From positions 103,089-167,088 of the forward strand of contig CAWGZR010000012.1 in NCBI GenBank assembly GCA_963827165.1: a DNA stretch of 64,000 nt, read 5' to 3'. Below the pieces are notes generated by a model that saw nothing but the letters and a program-made list of their open reading frames with translations, did not search any database and had not been told where the DNA came from. Made by a program: the position numbers and the translations under genes. The stretch is from Candidatus Bathyarchaeota archaeon (GTDB lineage: Archaea; Thermoproteota; Bathyarchaeia; Bathyarchaeales; Bathycorpusculaceae). This document shows, piece after piece, positions 1 through 9,716 of this stretch. Numbering within the stretch: position 1 is the stretch's first letter; every line of letters begins with the position of its first letter.

Positions 1-673
1 CAGCTCCTCTAAGCTCCGAAAGGGTGCCGAGAGAAACCAATTTTCCATCTTTAAGAATCGCTATTTTATCCGCAAGTTGTTCTGCCTCTTCAAGATAATG
101 GGTTGTAAGAAAAATGAACCGCTCCTTCCCCAACGCCCTAAGAATTTCCCATAGCTCCCGCCTCGAAATGGGATCTAAACCCGTTGTGGGTTCATCGAGA
201 AAAATGATTTCTGCTTCTGAAGCCATGACCATTGCTATGAGAACTTTTCTTTTTGTTCCACCCGAAAGCTTACTGGTTAAAACGTTCGCGTACTCTTGCA
301 ACCCGAGCTTCGCAAGCGACTCGTCGGCAAGCCTCTTTCCATCGCCGTATGTGTAGCCTCGCCAAAGAAGATATGAAAGGACAGCTTGTTTAGTTGTCAT
401 CCACCTTATCACTCGGGCTTCCTGCGGGACAATCGCAATTTTCTCCCTCAACTTATCCTCCTGCTTTGAAATGTCAAAGCCGTTGATGCTTGCAGTTCCC
501 GCGGTGGGTTCAAGTTCAGTGGATAGGATTCGGATAAGCGTGGTTTTTCCTGCGCCGTTTCTGCCGATTAAAGCGAAAATACCTTTAGTATCCACTGAAA
601 AGGTGACGTTTTCAAGAGCTTTTCTTTGGTCCCCGTAAACCTTCGTTAAACCGTTGCATTCAAGCTTGCCCAT
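1..673 (-). CDS. ABC transporter ATP-binding protein (runs off the window start)
   Basis: Translated by hand from ATG at 673: MGKLECNGLTKVYG... with Walker A GRNGAGKTT, signature LSGGTKRK, Walker B IIFLDEPTTGLDP and H-loop TTHYLEEAE. Not in the ORF track because it has no stop inside the window. Confidence 0.9.
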   Translation of the reverse strand, partial: MGKLECNGLTKVYGDQRKALENVTFSVDTKGIFALIGRNGAGKTTLIRILSTELEPTAGTASINGFDISKQEDKLREKIAIVPQEARVIRWMTTKQAVLSYLLWRGYTYGDGKRLADESLAKLGLQEYANVLTSKLSGGTKRKVLIAMVMASEAEIIFLDEPTTGLDPISRRELWEILRALGKERFIFLTTHYLEEAEQLADKIAILKDGKLVSLGTLSELRGA

Positions 674-860
674 GGAACTTGTTACCTGAAAATATGACAA
701 TATCATTTTTGCATATTTTAATTTGCTTGTGCCCTTGATGTACTTGGCTCTTTTCTGCAACTCATAATGACGGCATAGCTTTGGAGATTTTTTTTCGTGC
801 ATGCCTTAGAGAACCACTCTTGATCGGAAAGTCTAAAGCACCAAGGTTTGTTAACCTTCA

Positions 861-930
861 TTGACTTTTTGTGACTTTATTAGACTTTTTTTGACTTTTA
901 CAGACTAATTTTGACTTTTATTGACTCAAT
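861..930. repeat. Degenerate 10-bp tandem array, 7 units (NNGACTTTTW)
   Basis: ttgacttttt gtgactttat tagacttttt ttgactttta cagactaatt ttgactttta ttgactcaat; GACT recurs every 10 bp. Confidence 0.85.
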
Positions 931-1024
931 CTGCAAACGTCCCAAGTCCCAAACCAAGAAAGCAAATCAAAAAATAAACAACAAAAACTCATTAGCAACC
1001 AAAGATTGACTTCTTGCGAGTCGT

Positions 1025-2197
1025 CTAATGCTTGCTGTAATAGTCAGCCACAGCTTTAAAAGACTCCTTGGGCTGCCATGGCATTTCAGGGTACGTATCT
1101 CCGTGCTTATCTATGACGTTGGCGAACTTTGCTGACAGATCTGGAATTGACTCGATGCCTGTTAGTTCCTTTCCCTGTTTTGCGCTATCGGACAGAATCA
1201 TCTGGAATGTTTCTTTTTCAGGGTAGCTTTTGACGAGGCTAAAGCTGCCCAAGTCCATGTCAAATCTTGGGTCTTCATTGTAGACCGATGTCGGGGAAAC
1301 GAAGGTGAAAATGAATGTACCTTCCACTCCTGCAGCGTCGAACGCACTGAGTTGTTCAACGATCTCCTTTGACTGCAAACTTTCGTCTCTGATATAGTGG
1401 CCGTCTATCTTCGGAATTATCTTGAGCATTTCGGCAAACGGTAAAGGTACAACAATTTTTTCCCCAAGATAATCATTCATCATTCCAAATACCACAATGA
1501 AGCCGCTTCCGCCAAGCAAATCTGCCCCACGGTAAGTGCAGCAACCGAACTCCCCGATCACAAGCGGCTTGCCATACGAGAGGCAACCCTCGACCACTTT
1601 GTCAAAAATCTTCTTTATCCTGACGTCTCGGTAAAGATCAACACCCACAAAATCGAATTGACCCCATTCAACCCTTTCAAACGGCACTGAAAAATACGTC
1701 AATTCACCATTGAATATCTGTTTGACAGAAATGCATGCTTTGGACAAGAAGGAGTTAAGCGGTTCATTTTGCTTCCCCGCTTGAATGTTCTTCCAAAACG
1801 TTGGATTATTCATTCTTTGCATGAAGTTCTCGCCCTCGACGATTCCTTGCATGAACAGCGTCAACTCGGAACCAACACTGAAAATCACCCTCCCCCCGAA
1901 CTTGAGCCGCAATGCTTCCGCAACTTTCGCAGCTTGCAAAAGGTAGCCAAGTGTTTCTTCTTGACTTTTATCCCACATCTCTGGCGACAGCCAAACTTCC
2001 AACCCCTGAGCTAGCGCTTCCTCAGCGGCGATTTCAAGACGTTTCAGATCTAAGCCGCAGATTCTAACAGTATTGCAATGCAGATCGTTTTTGATTATGC
2101 CAAGTTCGCGCTTTACTTGCTTGAGGTCAAATTTGGGGCGCCACTGGCTTCCCATCATCACCCGGCCAACATCGTAGCAAACTCCTTTTCGATTCAT
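1025..2197 (-). CDS. Glycoside-hydrolase-like TIM-barrel protein of unknown function
   Basis: ORF 1025..2284; likely start is ATG 2197 (MNRKGVCYDVG), just after the tetR stop. Motifs LHCNTVRI, SVGSEL and VIGEFGC resemble clan GH-A catalytic Glu positions. Confidence 0.6.
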   Translation of the reverse strand: MNRKGVCYDVGRVMMGSQWRPKFDLKQVKRELGIIKNDLHCNTVRICGLDLKRLEIAAEEALAQGLEVWLSPEMWDKSQEETLGYLLQAAKVAEALRLKFGGRVIFSVGSELTLFMQGIVEGENFMQRMNNPTFWKNIQAGKQNEPLNSFLSKACISVKQIFNGELTYFSVPFERVEWGQFDFVGVDLYRDVRIKKIFDKVVEGCLSYGKPLVIGEFGCCTYRGADLLGGSGFIVVFGMMNDYLGEKIVVPLPFAEMLKIIPKIDGHYIRDESLQSKEIVEQLSAFDAAGVEGTFIFTFVSPTSVYNEDPRFDMDLGSFSLVKSYPEKETFQMILSDSAKQGKELTGIESIPDLSAKFANVIDKHGDTYPEMPWQPKESFKAVADYYSKH

Positions 2198-2198
2198 T

Positions 2199-2816
2199 TT
2201 AAACACGCTCCTCGCAATCGGGTTTGAGCATGCGCAGGATGATTTTTGTGTCAGGAAAGTGCGTTTTTGCATCTTTCGGGTCAAGCATGGTGGCTCTTTT
2301 CATTAGGCCGTTAAAACAAGCCAACAAAGCAACCATAAGCTCGTCGGGGTTATCGTGTGCGATTTCTCCTGTTGATTGTGCTTCAACAATGAGTTGACGC
2401 ATGGCGTCTTGGACAGCTTTGCCGTTTCTTTGAACCAACGCCTTAAGTTCCTTTGGCGCGGCTTCGTCTTCTAAGGCATTGGACATTATTTGGGTTATGC
2501 CTGGATTTTGGCGGTTGTTTTCTAAAATGTAGGTGATGAGGAGGGTTAGACGTTGGCTAGGTGTTCCTTTGATTTTGTTTATGCGTTCAATTGGTCCGCC
2601 CTCTGCTTCTGCAGCCTGCCTGACGAGGGTTGTGAAGATTTCTTCTTTGCTTTTGAAGTAGTGGTAGGCTAAGCCTTGGCTGATTTGGGCTTTGGCTGCT
2701 ATGTCCGCCATATTGGCTGTGTGTCCTTTTGTTGCGAAAACTTGGGTTGCGGCGTTTAGAATTTTTTTAGTTGTTTCTTCTCTGATTTGTTGGTTTGCTT
2801 GTTCGTTGCGGGGCAT
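2199..2816 (-). CDS. TetR/AcrR family transcriptional regulator
   Basis: N-terminal HTH ILNAATQVFATKGH..MADIAAKAQISQGLAYHYFKSKEEIF. Confidence 0.92.
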   Translation of the reverse strand: MPRNEQANQQIREETTKKILNAATQVFATKGHTANMADIAAKAQISQGLAYHYFKSKEEIFTTLVRQAAEAEGGPIERINKIKGTPSQRLTLLITYILENNRQNPGITQIMSNALEDEAAPKELKALVQRNGKAVQDAMRQLIVEAQSTGEIAHDNPDELMVALLACFNGLMKRATMLDPKDAKTHFPDTKIILRMLKPDCEERV

Positions 2817-2837
2817 GTTTCACCCTTCTATTGTTGA

Positions 2838-2853
2838 TTGAATATTTATTCAA
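2838..2853. promoter_or_regulatory. Probable TetR autoregulatory operator
   Basis: Inverted repeat TTGAATA-TT-TATTCAA about 20 nt upstream of the tetR start. Confidence 0.55.
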
Positions 2854-3106
2854 CTAATAAACCTGCTTCCACCAACGGCAAAAAGCGCATATTTGGATCC
2901 TGAAAGAAGCTTATTTGGCTCATCTAGAAAAGACCTCCATCCATTTGAAAAGAAGCTTTTTTTTTCACAAACTACCAAAAATGAGTGGAAAAGATGAAGC
3001 GAGGATAACCACCTTAAGCGTCAAAATTAATGAGAATTGGGCGCGGCATGGATACCGACCAGTTTATATCGGTTCTCCGTCTGGTAGTTGGGCGGAGACT
3101 CTTTAC

Positions 3107-4132
3107 ATGGCTGTTCATTTAGTTCCTTGGGACCCATCTCGTAACTTGTTGGATGAGGCAAACCGCCTCTATGATGAAGCAGGAACCTTTGACTGCATAC
3201 AGAAAGGCGACCTTGTAGCCATCAAACTGCATGTGGGTGAGCTCGGAAACCCGTATTACGTCCAACCATTTTTCGTCAACGATTTGGCGCGCAGGGTCAA
3301 GGAAGCAGGCGGAAAACCCTTCCTCACTGACTCTAGCACCCTCTACACTGGCCAACGCAGCAACGGTTATGACCACACAATTAACGCGTTGACAAACGGA
3401 TTCAACAAGGCACCATTCTTCCCCGCTGACGGACTGAAAAGCGAAAACTACCGAACAATCCCAACTAAAGGCATACTCAATGAGATCGAGGTGTCAGGCA
3501 TGATTGCAGAAGCTGATGCCATGGTAGTTGTTTCACACGATAAAGGTCATGAACTCAGCGGCTTCGGCGGAGCCATAAAAAACCTCGGCATGGGATGCAC
3601 ACCAGCAGCAGGGAAGTTGCGGCAGCACCGAGTTGTTGGGTTGTTGATAGATGAGTCTAAATGCGTTGGCTGCGGCAAATGTACAGTAATCTGCGCCCAG
3701 CACCTGCCCGAAATTATCGAAGGAAAAGCACATAACACTTCACCGCTTTGCATGCGTTGCCCGATGTGCAAGCACAGTTGCCCGATGGAAGCAATCAGCT
3801 TCATAGACCAAGACAATTTCTGCAAGGCTCTCGCTTCAGCCGCTTACGGAGTGCTATCTACCTTTAACCCGAAAAAAGTCTCCTTTGTCAGCTTCGCCAA
3901 AGACATAACTGCAAACTGTGATTGTTTACCGATGCCCGGCGAACCCGTCATGAAAGACATCGGAATATTCGCATCTAACTCAGTCGTGTCAATCGACGGC
4001 GCCTTCCTCGAATCGATCGATTACAAAATGTTTAACGACGCCTCACATGTCGACTGCATGTTGCAGGTTCAAGAAGCAAAAGCCATTGGATTAGAGGGCG
4101 AAGTCAAACCGAAGATAACAAGACTAGTCTAA
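3107..4132 (+). CDS. DUF362 domain / 4Fe-4S ferredoxin-containing protein
   Basis: VAIKLHVGE, SHDKGH..GFGGAIKNLGMGC, CVGCGKC...C and CMRCPMC..CP, CDC. TATA at 3063 and GGAG RBS favour ATG 3107 over the track start 2915. Confidence 0.85.
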   Translation: MAVHLVPWDPSRNLLDEANRLYDEAGTFDCIQKGDLVAIKLHVGELGNPYYVQPFFVNDLARRVKEAGGKPFLTDSSTLYTGQRSNGYDHTINALTNGFNKAPFFPADGLKSENYRTIPTKGILNEIEVSGMIAEADAMVVVSHDKGHELSGFGGAIKNLGMGCTPAAGKLRQHRVVGLLIDESKCVGCGKCTVICAQHLPEIIEGKAHNTSPLCMRCPMCKHSCPMEAISFIDQDNFCKALASAAYGVLSTFNPKKVSFVSFAKDITANCDCLPMPGEPVMKDIGIFASNSVVSIDGAFLESIDYKMFNDASHVDCMLQVQEAKAIGLEGEVKPKITRLV

Positions 4133-4138
4133 GCCTAT

Positions 4139-4921
4139 TCACTCTACCAATTGCTTTTGCTGCTGTGTTTTTCTCCGTCTTAAGAACAAGTAAACAGTGA
4201 TTACAGCTACAACAGCCACAACGGAGCCGATAATCAAATAACGGGAAATTCCAGCAACCTCAGTCCAATTCTTGCCCAGGTACCATCCCAAATAAACTAG
4301 GACCGCATTCCACACGAGGCAACCTGCCGTGGTGAATAGGAGGAATTTTTTCAAAGGCATTTTAGCCGCCCCGGCGGGGAAAGAAAAAGTTGTTCGAAAA
4401 CCAGGGACTAATCGACTGGCAAAGACAACTAGGCTGCCATGTTTGTCAAACCATTTCTCGGCGAGTTGCAGTTGGCCCGTTGACAAAATAAATTTTCCCA
4501 ATATCTTGTGTTTAACGAGGGATTGGACGCCTTTTAACCCAATGTAATAGTCAATTAATGCACCAAATATTCCTGCCACTGTCGCTACTGTCACCACTAT
4601 GTATGCGTTGAATTGCCCGGTGAAAGTCAGGTAGCCTGCGAAGGGAAGAATGACTTCGCTTGGGATGGGAAGTGAGCTTGTTTCAAGTAACATCAACGCG
4701 AAGATGCCTGGATACCCGAATGCACGCACTGTTGAAGTGACTCCGCGCACAATGGAAACAACGAAGCCGATAAGCGGTTCACTGGCTGGGGGATTACCTT
4801 CGAGAACTACGTCATCCAAAATATCTAGCAGAAAATAAAGAACAACGACGATAGCAATTGCTATGACGATTAACTGCGGCGCTTTCTTACGTAACTGCCC
4901 AAGTTTTAGAGATGACCCCAA
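4139..4921 (-). CDS. DedA/SNARE-associated family membrane protein
   Basis: LETSSLPIPSEVILPFAGYL, WFDKHG..VFASRLVPGFRTTFSFPAG. Confidence 0.9.
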   Translation of the reverse strand: MGSSLKLGQLRKKAPQLIVIAIAIVVVLYFLLDILDDVVLEGNPPASEPLIGFVVSIVRGVTSTVRAFGYPGIFALMLLETSSLPIPSEVILPFAGYLTFTGQFNAYIVVTVATVAGIFGALIDYYIGLKGVQSLVKHKILGKFILSTGQLQLAEKWFDKHGSLVVFASRLVPGFRTTFSFPAGAAKMPLKKFLLFTTAGCLVWNAVLVYLGWYLGKNWTEVAGISRYLIIGSVVAVVAVITVYLFLRRRKTQQQKQLVE

Positions 4922-5325
4922 GATAATCCGCTTAGCTTGATTTCTAACCTGAATACATTTTAGCCTATTTTAGCGTATTCCCGAAGCTTGAAAATTAGGT
5001 AGTGGAAAAAAAATAAATAATTTGTTCAGTTATTTGAGAAAAACCCTGCTATCAGATTCGAACCTATCGTCTTGGGGTCTAAGCTATGCCTGACCAGAAC
5101 GACTTTTTTAGTAGAAAAATTGCAATTTTCCGGAGCATTTCTTTTGGGATTGCTCAATTTTTGTCACAAGTTTGCCTGCGAAAGCTGACAGAAGAGGTTG
5201 TTCATATTTTGCACAGATATATGTTTGTGTTATGAACCGTTATAACTGTCATGTGTCAAGTATTGCTAAGTCAGATTCACTAAATCAGATTCAAGAAATA
5301 CGATTAATGTTGGAGCGCGAGGAAA

Positions 5326-5637
5326 ATGGAAAAAACACTCATGATGGACAAAGTCTCTGAAGAATATAACTTACTATTGAAACAAATGTACCTGAAGGTA
5401 GTCTCGGAGCCAAATCACGACTGCCTCAAAAAGGGGGTCATCAAATGCCCAGAATGTAACGAGGAAATCCTCATGATTCCCTCGCTTAGAGCCATGAACG
5501 AGGCAATAGAGACCCATGTCAAAGTACACAAAGAATGCCTCAAAACAAACCCCATAATCATGCATAGCAAATCAATAAACATTCGTCTCGTCCTCGCGCA
5601 ACAGGTCCTACTTCAAGCTTCAAGCAAATTCCAATAG
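5326..5637 (+). CDS. Small putative zinc-binding protein
   Basis: CPEC...AIETH..H pattern; GAGG RBS upstream. Confidence 0.6.
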   Translation: MEKTLMMDKVSEEYNLLLKQMYLKVVSEPNHDCLKKGVIKCPECNEEILMIPSLRAMNEAIETHVKVHKECLKTNPIIMHSKSINIRLVLAQQVLLQASSKFQ

Positions 5638-5711
5638 AGCCGCAACGACGCACCCCGCGTACTGAAAATAAGAATTTCGTTCTAAAATGGGTTCAACAGC
5701 TATTATTTCGC

Positions 5712-6455
5712 TTAAGGTGAGTGCTTAAGTTTGTTGATGGCGATTTGATAGGTGACTACCGCAGAATATACGCCGTAGGGGAGCAAGAGAAGTGGACGGC
5801 GTAAGGCAAATTTTAGATCGCTGACCATGAGCTCAACGTGTTTTTTGGCGGTCCAAACGCTGTCTGCCCGAAAATGGATGCAGTGAGGTTCATAGACTCC
5901 TAGCACTTTGTAGCCTTTGTTGTCAATCCACGATTTGATGAATGCGTCCTCGTAAGTGTGCAGCTGATACGGTATCTTAATATCTTCTACGGTTTTTCGC
6001 CGAATCAACATGTCGTGGGTTCCGCCTCGCCGCTCAAAAATCTTCATCGTAACCCTTTCAAACAACGGCAAAATCTTTTTTCCTTTAAGAACCGACCAGA
6101 TTTCAATTCCCCAGACAGCGCCCACATCTTCCCCGACGTGCTTTTCCGCTTCAGCAAACCAGTTCCTTGAAAGGACAACATCGCTGTCAACAAACATGAA
6201 CCAGTCGCCCTTCACCAGTCGAATCGCCGTCTGCCTAGCGGTGGCTCTTGTCCCTTTTTCCTGAATGAATAAAACGTTGCCGTACCTTTGCTGGAACTGC
6301 GCCACAATGGCTGGCGTCGAGTCCGTTGAAAATCCGTCAACGACAATCAGGTTCTTTACAGGTACGTTTAGGTAAACTGAATTGATGCATTCTCTAAGCT
6401 TTGCGGCGCTGTTATAGGTGAGGATTGCGACGTCAATGGGCTCCATCTCGGTCAA
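5712..6455 (-). CDS. Glycosyltransferase family 2
   Basis: VAILTYNS, VVDGFSTDST, FVDSD (DxD). Confidence 0.9.
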   Translation of the reverse strand: MTEMEPIDVAILTYNSAAKLRECINSVYLNVPVKNLIVVDGFSTDSTPAIVAQFQQRYGNVLFIQEKGTRATARQTAIRLVKGDWFMFVDSDVVLSRNWFAEAEKHVGEDVGAVWGIEIWSVLKGKKILPLFERVTMKIFERRGGTHDMLIRRKTVEDIKIPYQLHTYEDAFIKSWIDNKGYKVLGVYEPHCIHFRADSVWTAKKHVELMVSDLKFALRRPLLLLPYGVYSAVVTYQIAINKLKHSP

Positions 6456-6474
6456 CCCATTTCTAAGAGCATTC

Positions 6475-7644
6475 TTAGTACCCCATTAAGCCGCAACATC
6501 GGGAGCAGATCGGGAAAACGCCGTTTTCGCAGCTTCTTAAAGCGCGCCTGAACTTGCGGTATTTTTCGCCATTGTATACGTCAAGGATAGGCGACTCTTG
6601 AATGTTGCCTGTGACGAAATCTGGGAAATCCCTACATGTGACCACGTCGCCGTTCGGCATTACATCCAACTGGAACCATGGCGAAACACATTTTTTGTAG
6701 CCGAAGAAGTTTTCGGGTTGAGTGTAATAAGTTCGGATGTCCTCAAATTTGAGGTCGGGCACGAAAAGAACGTTTCCGAAGTGTTTGTTGCTTTTTATTT
6801 CCTTCACTTGCTTTTCGATTGCCTCTATATCCAAGGTTGAGGTGTCACGGACGTAACCTTTCCAGGCGAATGGTGTTATGCCCAGTTTTTCATTCGCTAT
6901 TTTCGTGTGTTTCTGCCCAATCCATTCTTGAGTGAACCACGAGTAATAGATTATGATGCCAGTGGGGTTTAGTTTTTCTGCTTCCCTTACGGTGTCGACT
7001 AAAGTGTATTGGTTGTTGCTGGAGATTGTGGTTAAGGTGAAGATCGAAGGTTTTCTTTTCTTTTTCTCTTTCTTTATCTTTTGAATAGTCGATAAGCCTT
7101 TGATTGCCGTGTCCATTGCGCCTGGGACTCCTCGGCATTTGTCGTGGATTTCTCTGGGGCCGTCGAAAGAGACGCATATCATGTCCCACCCGTTGTCAAC
7201 GATGGTTTCAGCGTTTCGTTCAAGCCCGACGCCGTTTGTGACTATCTGAACCGTCAGCCCCTTCTCTTTGATGTAATTTACAAAGGGAACCAGTGATTCG
7301 TAAAGAAACGGTTCTCCGCCTGTTATGTAAACGTGAACTTTTTTGGATGCAACTTCATCAATTACTTTCTTGTAAACATCAACCGGGACCTCACCGGTGA
7401 CTTTAGGTGTGTCGTCCCTTGCATTGTATCCGCTTTGGCCCCACTGAGCGCAGATCGCGCATCTGTGGTTGCAGCGATGCGTGATTCTCAGACTCAACAG
7501 CCAAAGCGAAGAACTGCTTCCATCCTCTTTTCCGTAGTCCAACTTCGACTTTACAAACTCTCGATAAGCACCTCTGCCAAAGCTCATAACCAGATGGGGG
7601 TTTGTGCAAACCGAGCCGACAAACTGTAGCGGAAGTCTTCTCAT
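6475..7644 (-). CDS. Radical SAM protein with SPASM/Twitch domain
   Basis: CNHRCAIC (CxxxCxxC), ITGGEPF, C-terminal CVSPW..GDVVTC..GN..CSRCC. Confidence 0.9.
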   Translation of the reverse strand: MRRLPLQFVGSVCTNPHLVMSFGRGAYREFVKSKLDYGKEDGSSSSLWLLSLRITHRCNHRCAICAQWGQSGYNARDDTPKVTGEVPVDVYKKVIDEVASKKVHVYITGGEPFLYESLVPFVNYIKEKGLTVQIVTNGVGLERNAETIVDNGWDMICVSFDGPREIHDKCRGVPGAMDTAIKGLSTIQKIKKEKKKRKPSIFTLTTISSNNQYTLVDTVREAEKLNPTGIIIYYSWFTQEWIGQKHTKIANEKLGITPFAWKGYVRDTSTLDIEAIEKQVKEIKSNKHFGNVLFVPDLKFEDIRTYYTQPENFFGYKKCVSPWFQLDVMPNGDVVTCRDFPDFVTGNIQESPILDVYNGEKYRKFRRALRSCENGVFPICSRCCGLMGY

Positions 7645-7735
7645 TAGTCCGTGCCTTAGTATGTTTTAGTAGTTAAATTTTACTATCATCCATGTCATTA
7701 GGCGACGGCCAACATTGGGGCATCGGTTGCTTCGT

Positions 7736-8599
7736 TTAGGTGAATTCTTTTCTTTCGAAGAATATCAATCCCAAAATTGCGGTGACGACAAGGTAAATGG
7801 CGATGATAACTAATCCTTCAGGTATTGTGGCGTTAAAACTGGTTATGGAGAAATTTCCTCTTGGGCCTAACGGCGCGCTGATGGGTCCGTGTTGCGGGAA
7901 CGGCGAGGTTAATACGTTTCCTATTATTCCTGCGCCATAGGTTATGATGAACGAAGGCTCAACTCCAAGCAGTGGTAAGACAAAGCTTGACAGCAAATTG
8001 AACACGAAGAAGAACAGGATAACCGTCGTTATAATTGATATTGCGCTGCTTTTGAACAAGGAGCTAAAGAAGAACGTAACGCTAAGGACCGCTGCTAGGT
8101 AGAGTAAGGCAAAAACCAGTGATTCGCCGAATTGATACGGGATGGTTGCGCCCCAAAGGGCTGCGCCGGTTCCGACGGTGAAGACAGCGAAGACTCCGAA
8201 CATTATGGCTGAGGCTATGAATGCACCTAACCATTTTCCAATGTAAATTGATGAGCGTCTTATTGGGTTTGGAACGCTGAAGTAACCGGTTTTGTTTTGG
8301 AATTCTCCCGATATGGCGTCGCCTCCGAAAAATATTCCAGACAAAATAATTATGAATGTTACCGCACTTCCCCAGTAACTGGAGTAAAAGTCTAAACTTG
8401 AAGTGTTGAATGCGCCTGGTCTAAAGTGAACTAGCGCGGTGAGAAGCGCCCCGATTATTATGGTGATTATGAATAAAACGAAGAACCTTCTTGACCTGAG
8501 ATAGTCTAAGAAAGTGTATTTAGTTACGATTCCAACCTGGGCCATGCTGCCGGGCACTGTATTGTTTGACATTGATTGGTTTTTGCTCATGTTTATCAC
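7736..8599 (-). CDS. ABC-2 type transporter permease
   Basis: About 6 TM segments, DAISGEFQNKTG..PIRRSSIYIGK; overlaps the stop of the ATPase gene. Confidence 0.88.
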   Translation of the reverse strand: MINMSKNQSMSNNTVPGSMAQVGIVTKYTFLDYLRSRRFFVLFIITIIIGALLTALVHFRPGAFNTSSLDFYSSYWGSAVTFIIILSGIFFGGDAISGEFQNKTGYFSVPNPIRRSSIYIGKWLGAFIASAIMFGVFAVFTVGTGAALWGATIPYQFGESLVFALLYLAAVLSVTFFFSSLFKSSAISIITTVILFFFVFNLLSSFVLPLLGVEPSFIITYGAGIIGNVLTSPFPQHGPISAPLGPRGNFSITSFNATIPEGLVIIAIYLVVTAILGLIFFERKEFT

Positions 8600-9549
8600 A
8601 ACGTTGCAGTTATTAGTTTCAGATAAGCATCTTCAAGCTCGGAAGACGATGGTCTGTAGCTTATTACACCAAGGTTTAACCCGACCAAATCGCTTAAAAG
8701 TTTTCCCTGTGCTTCCAAGTCGCCCGTGAACTTGATGGTAAGGTTCTTTTCGTCTTTTTTGTTTACACTTACTACTTGCGGAAGATGCTCAATCGACTTA
8801 GTCACTCTTTCGTCGATTGGACGTGGGAATCCAACCTCCACTATGTTTTGTCCGCCGCCGAACTTGGAAGTTATATTAGTAATCGAGTCATATACCAAAA
8901 GTTTACCATGATCGATCATGGCTACTTCATCGCACACGTCTGAAACCTCACTCAAAAGGTGAGAACTCATGAAAATCAAACGCTTCTCAGACTTCAACCC
9001 TTTAATTATGTCCCTGACCTCAGTCATTCCCCTTGGATCAAGCCCCGTGGTAGGCTCATCTAATAGAAGAATGCTCGGATGGCTAATCAACGCCGCAGCT
9101 ATGTTTATCCTCTGCTTCATTCCTTTGGACATCCTGCCGACTCTTTTATCCATCCACTCTTCCATTCTGACTTCCGCGACAGCAGTCTCAATGTTCTTCA
9201 TTTGCTGGTCAGCAGGAATCCCTCTGATTTCAGCAATCATCTTCAATGCTTCTCGAGGAGTCAGTGACGGGTAGATTTCGGGGGTTTCAATAAGCGCGGC
9301 AACCGAAGCCAATGCGGTTTTTTTGTTGGTGTGAACGTTTATGCCGTTTATTAGGGCCTCTCCGGAAGTGGGACGGATCAAGTCAGTGAACATTTTAAGT
9401 GTGGTTGTTTTTCCCGCGCCGTTCGGACCCAAAAAACCGACGCATTTTGAGCCTTCGATTTTAAGGTTCAAATCGCAAACAGCCAGAAATGAACCGTACT
9501 GTTTTGTAAGCTTTACGGCTTCAATCGTTGGAACATCTGTCAATGGCAT
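8596..9549 (-). CDS. ABC transporter ATP-binding protein
   Basis: GPNGAGKTT, MSKGMKQR, LLLDEPTTGLDP. Likely start is ATG 9549 after GGAG (track extends to 9639). Confidence 0.93.
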   Translation of the reverse strand: MPLTDVPTIEAVKLTKQYGSFLAVCDLNLKIEGSKCVGFLGPNGAGKTTTLKMFTDLIRPTSGEALINGINVHTNKKTALASVAALIETPEIYPSLTPREALKMIAEIRGIPADQQMKNIETAVAEVRMEEWMDKRVGRMSKGMKQRINIAAALISHPSILLLDEPTTGLDPRGMTEVRDIIKGLKSEKRLIFMSSHLLSEVSDVCDEVAMIDHGKLLVYDSITNITSKFGGGQNIVEVGFPRPIDERVTKSIEHLPQVVSVNKKDEKNLTIKFTGDLEAQGKLLSDLVGLNLGVISYRPSSSELEDAYLKLITATL

Positions 9550-9716
9550 AAAGTCATCTCCCGAGCAGAAGGATCTGCCTAACTTATAAATTCTAGCCAC
9601 AATTAAACCGAACTCTAACCCGGGTTTTCGGAAATTCAAACTCCGAAATGAATGTTTAAAAGATAAATATTGGGCAAAACAAAAAAAGATAAAGAAAGAA
9701 AAAGATGAGTAGTGGC

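Noticed and set aside
114-356. This and the many other short antisense ORFs inside well-supported genes
   Set aside because: Shadow frames of real genes on the opposite strand, with no RBS or motifs.
2915-3106. N-terminal extension of the DUF362 ORF in the track
   Set aside because: Contains the TATA box and RBS for ATG 3107; likely not translated.
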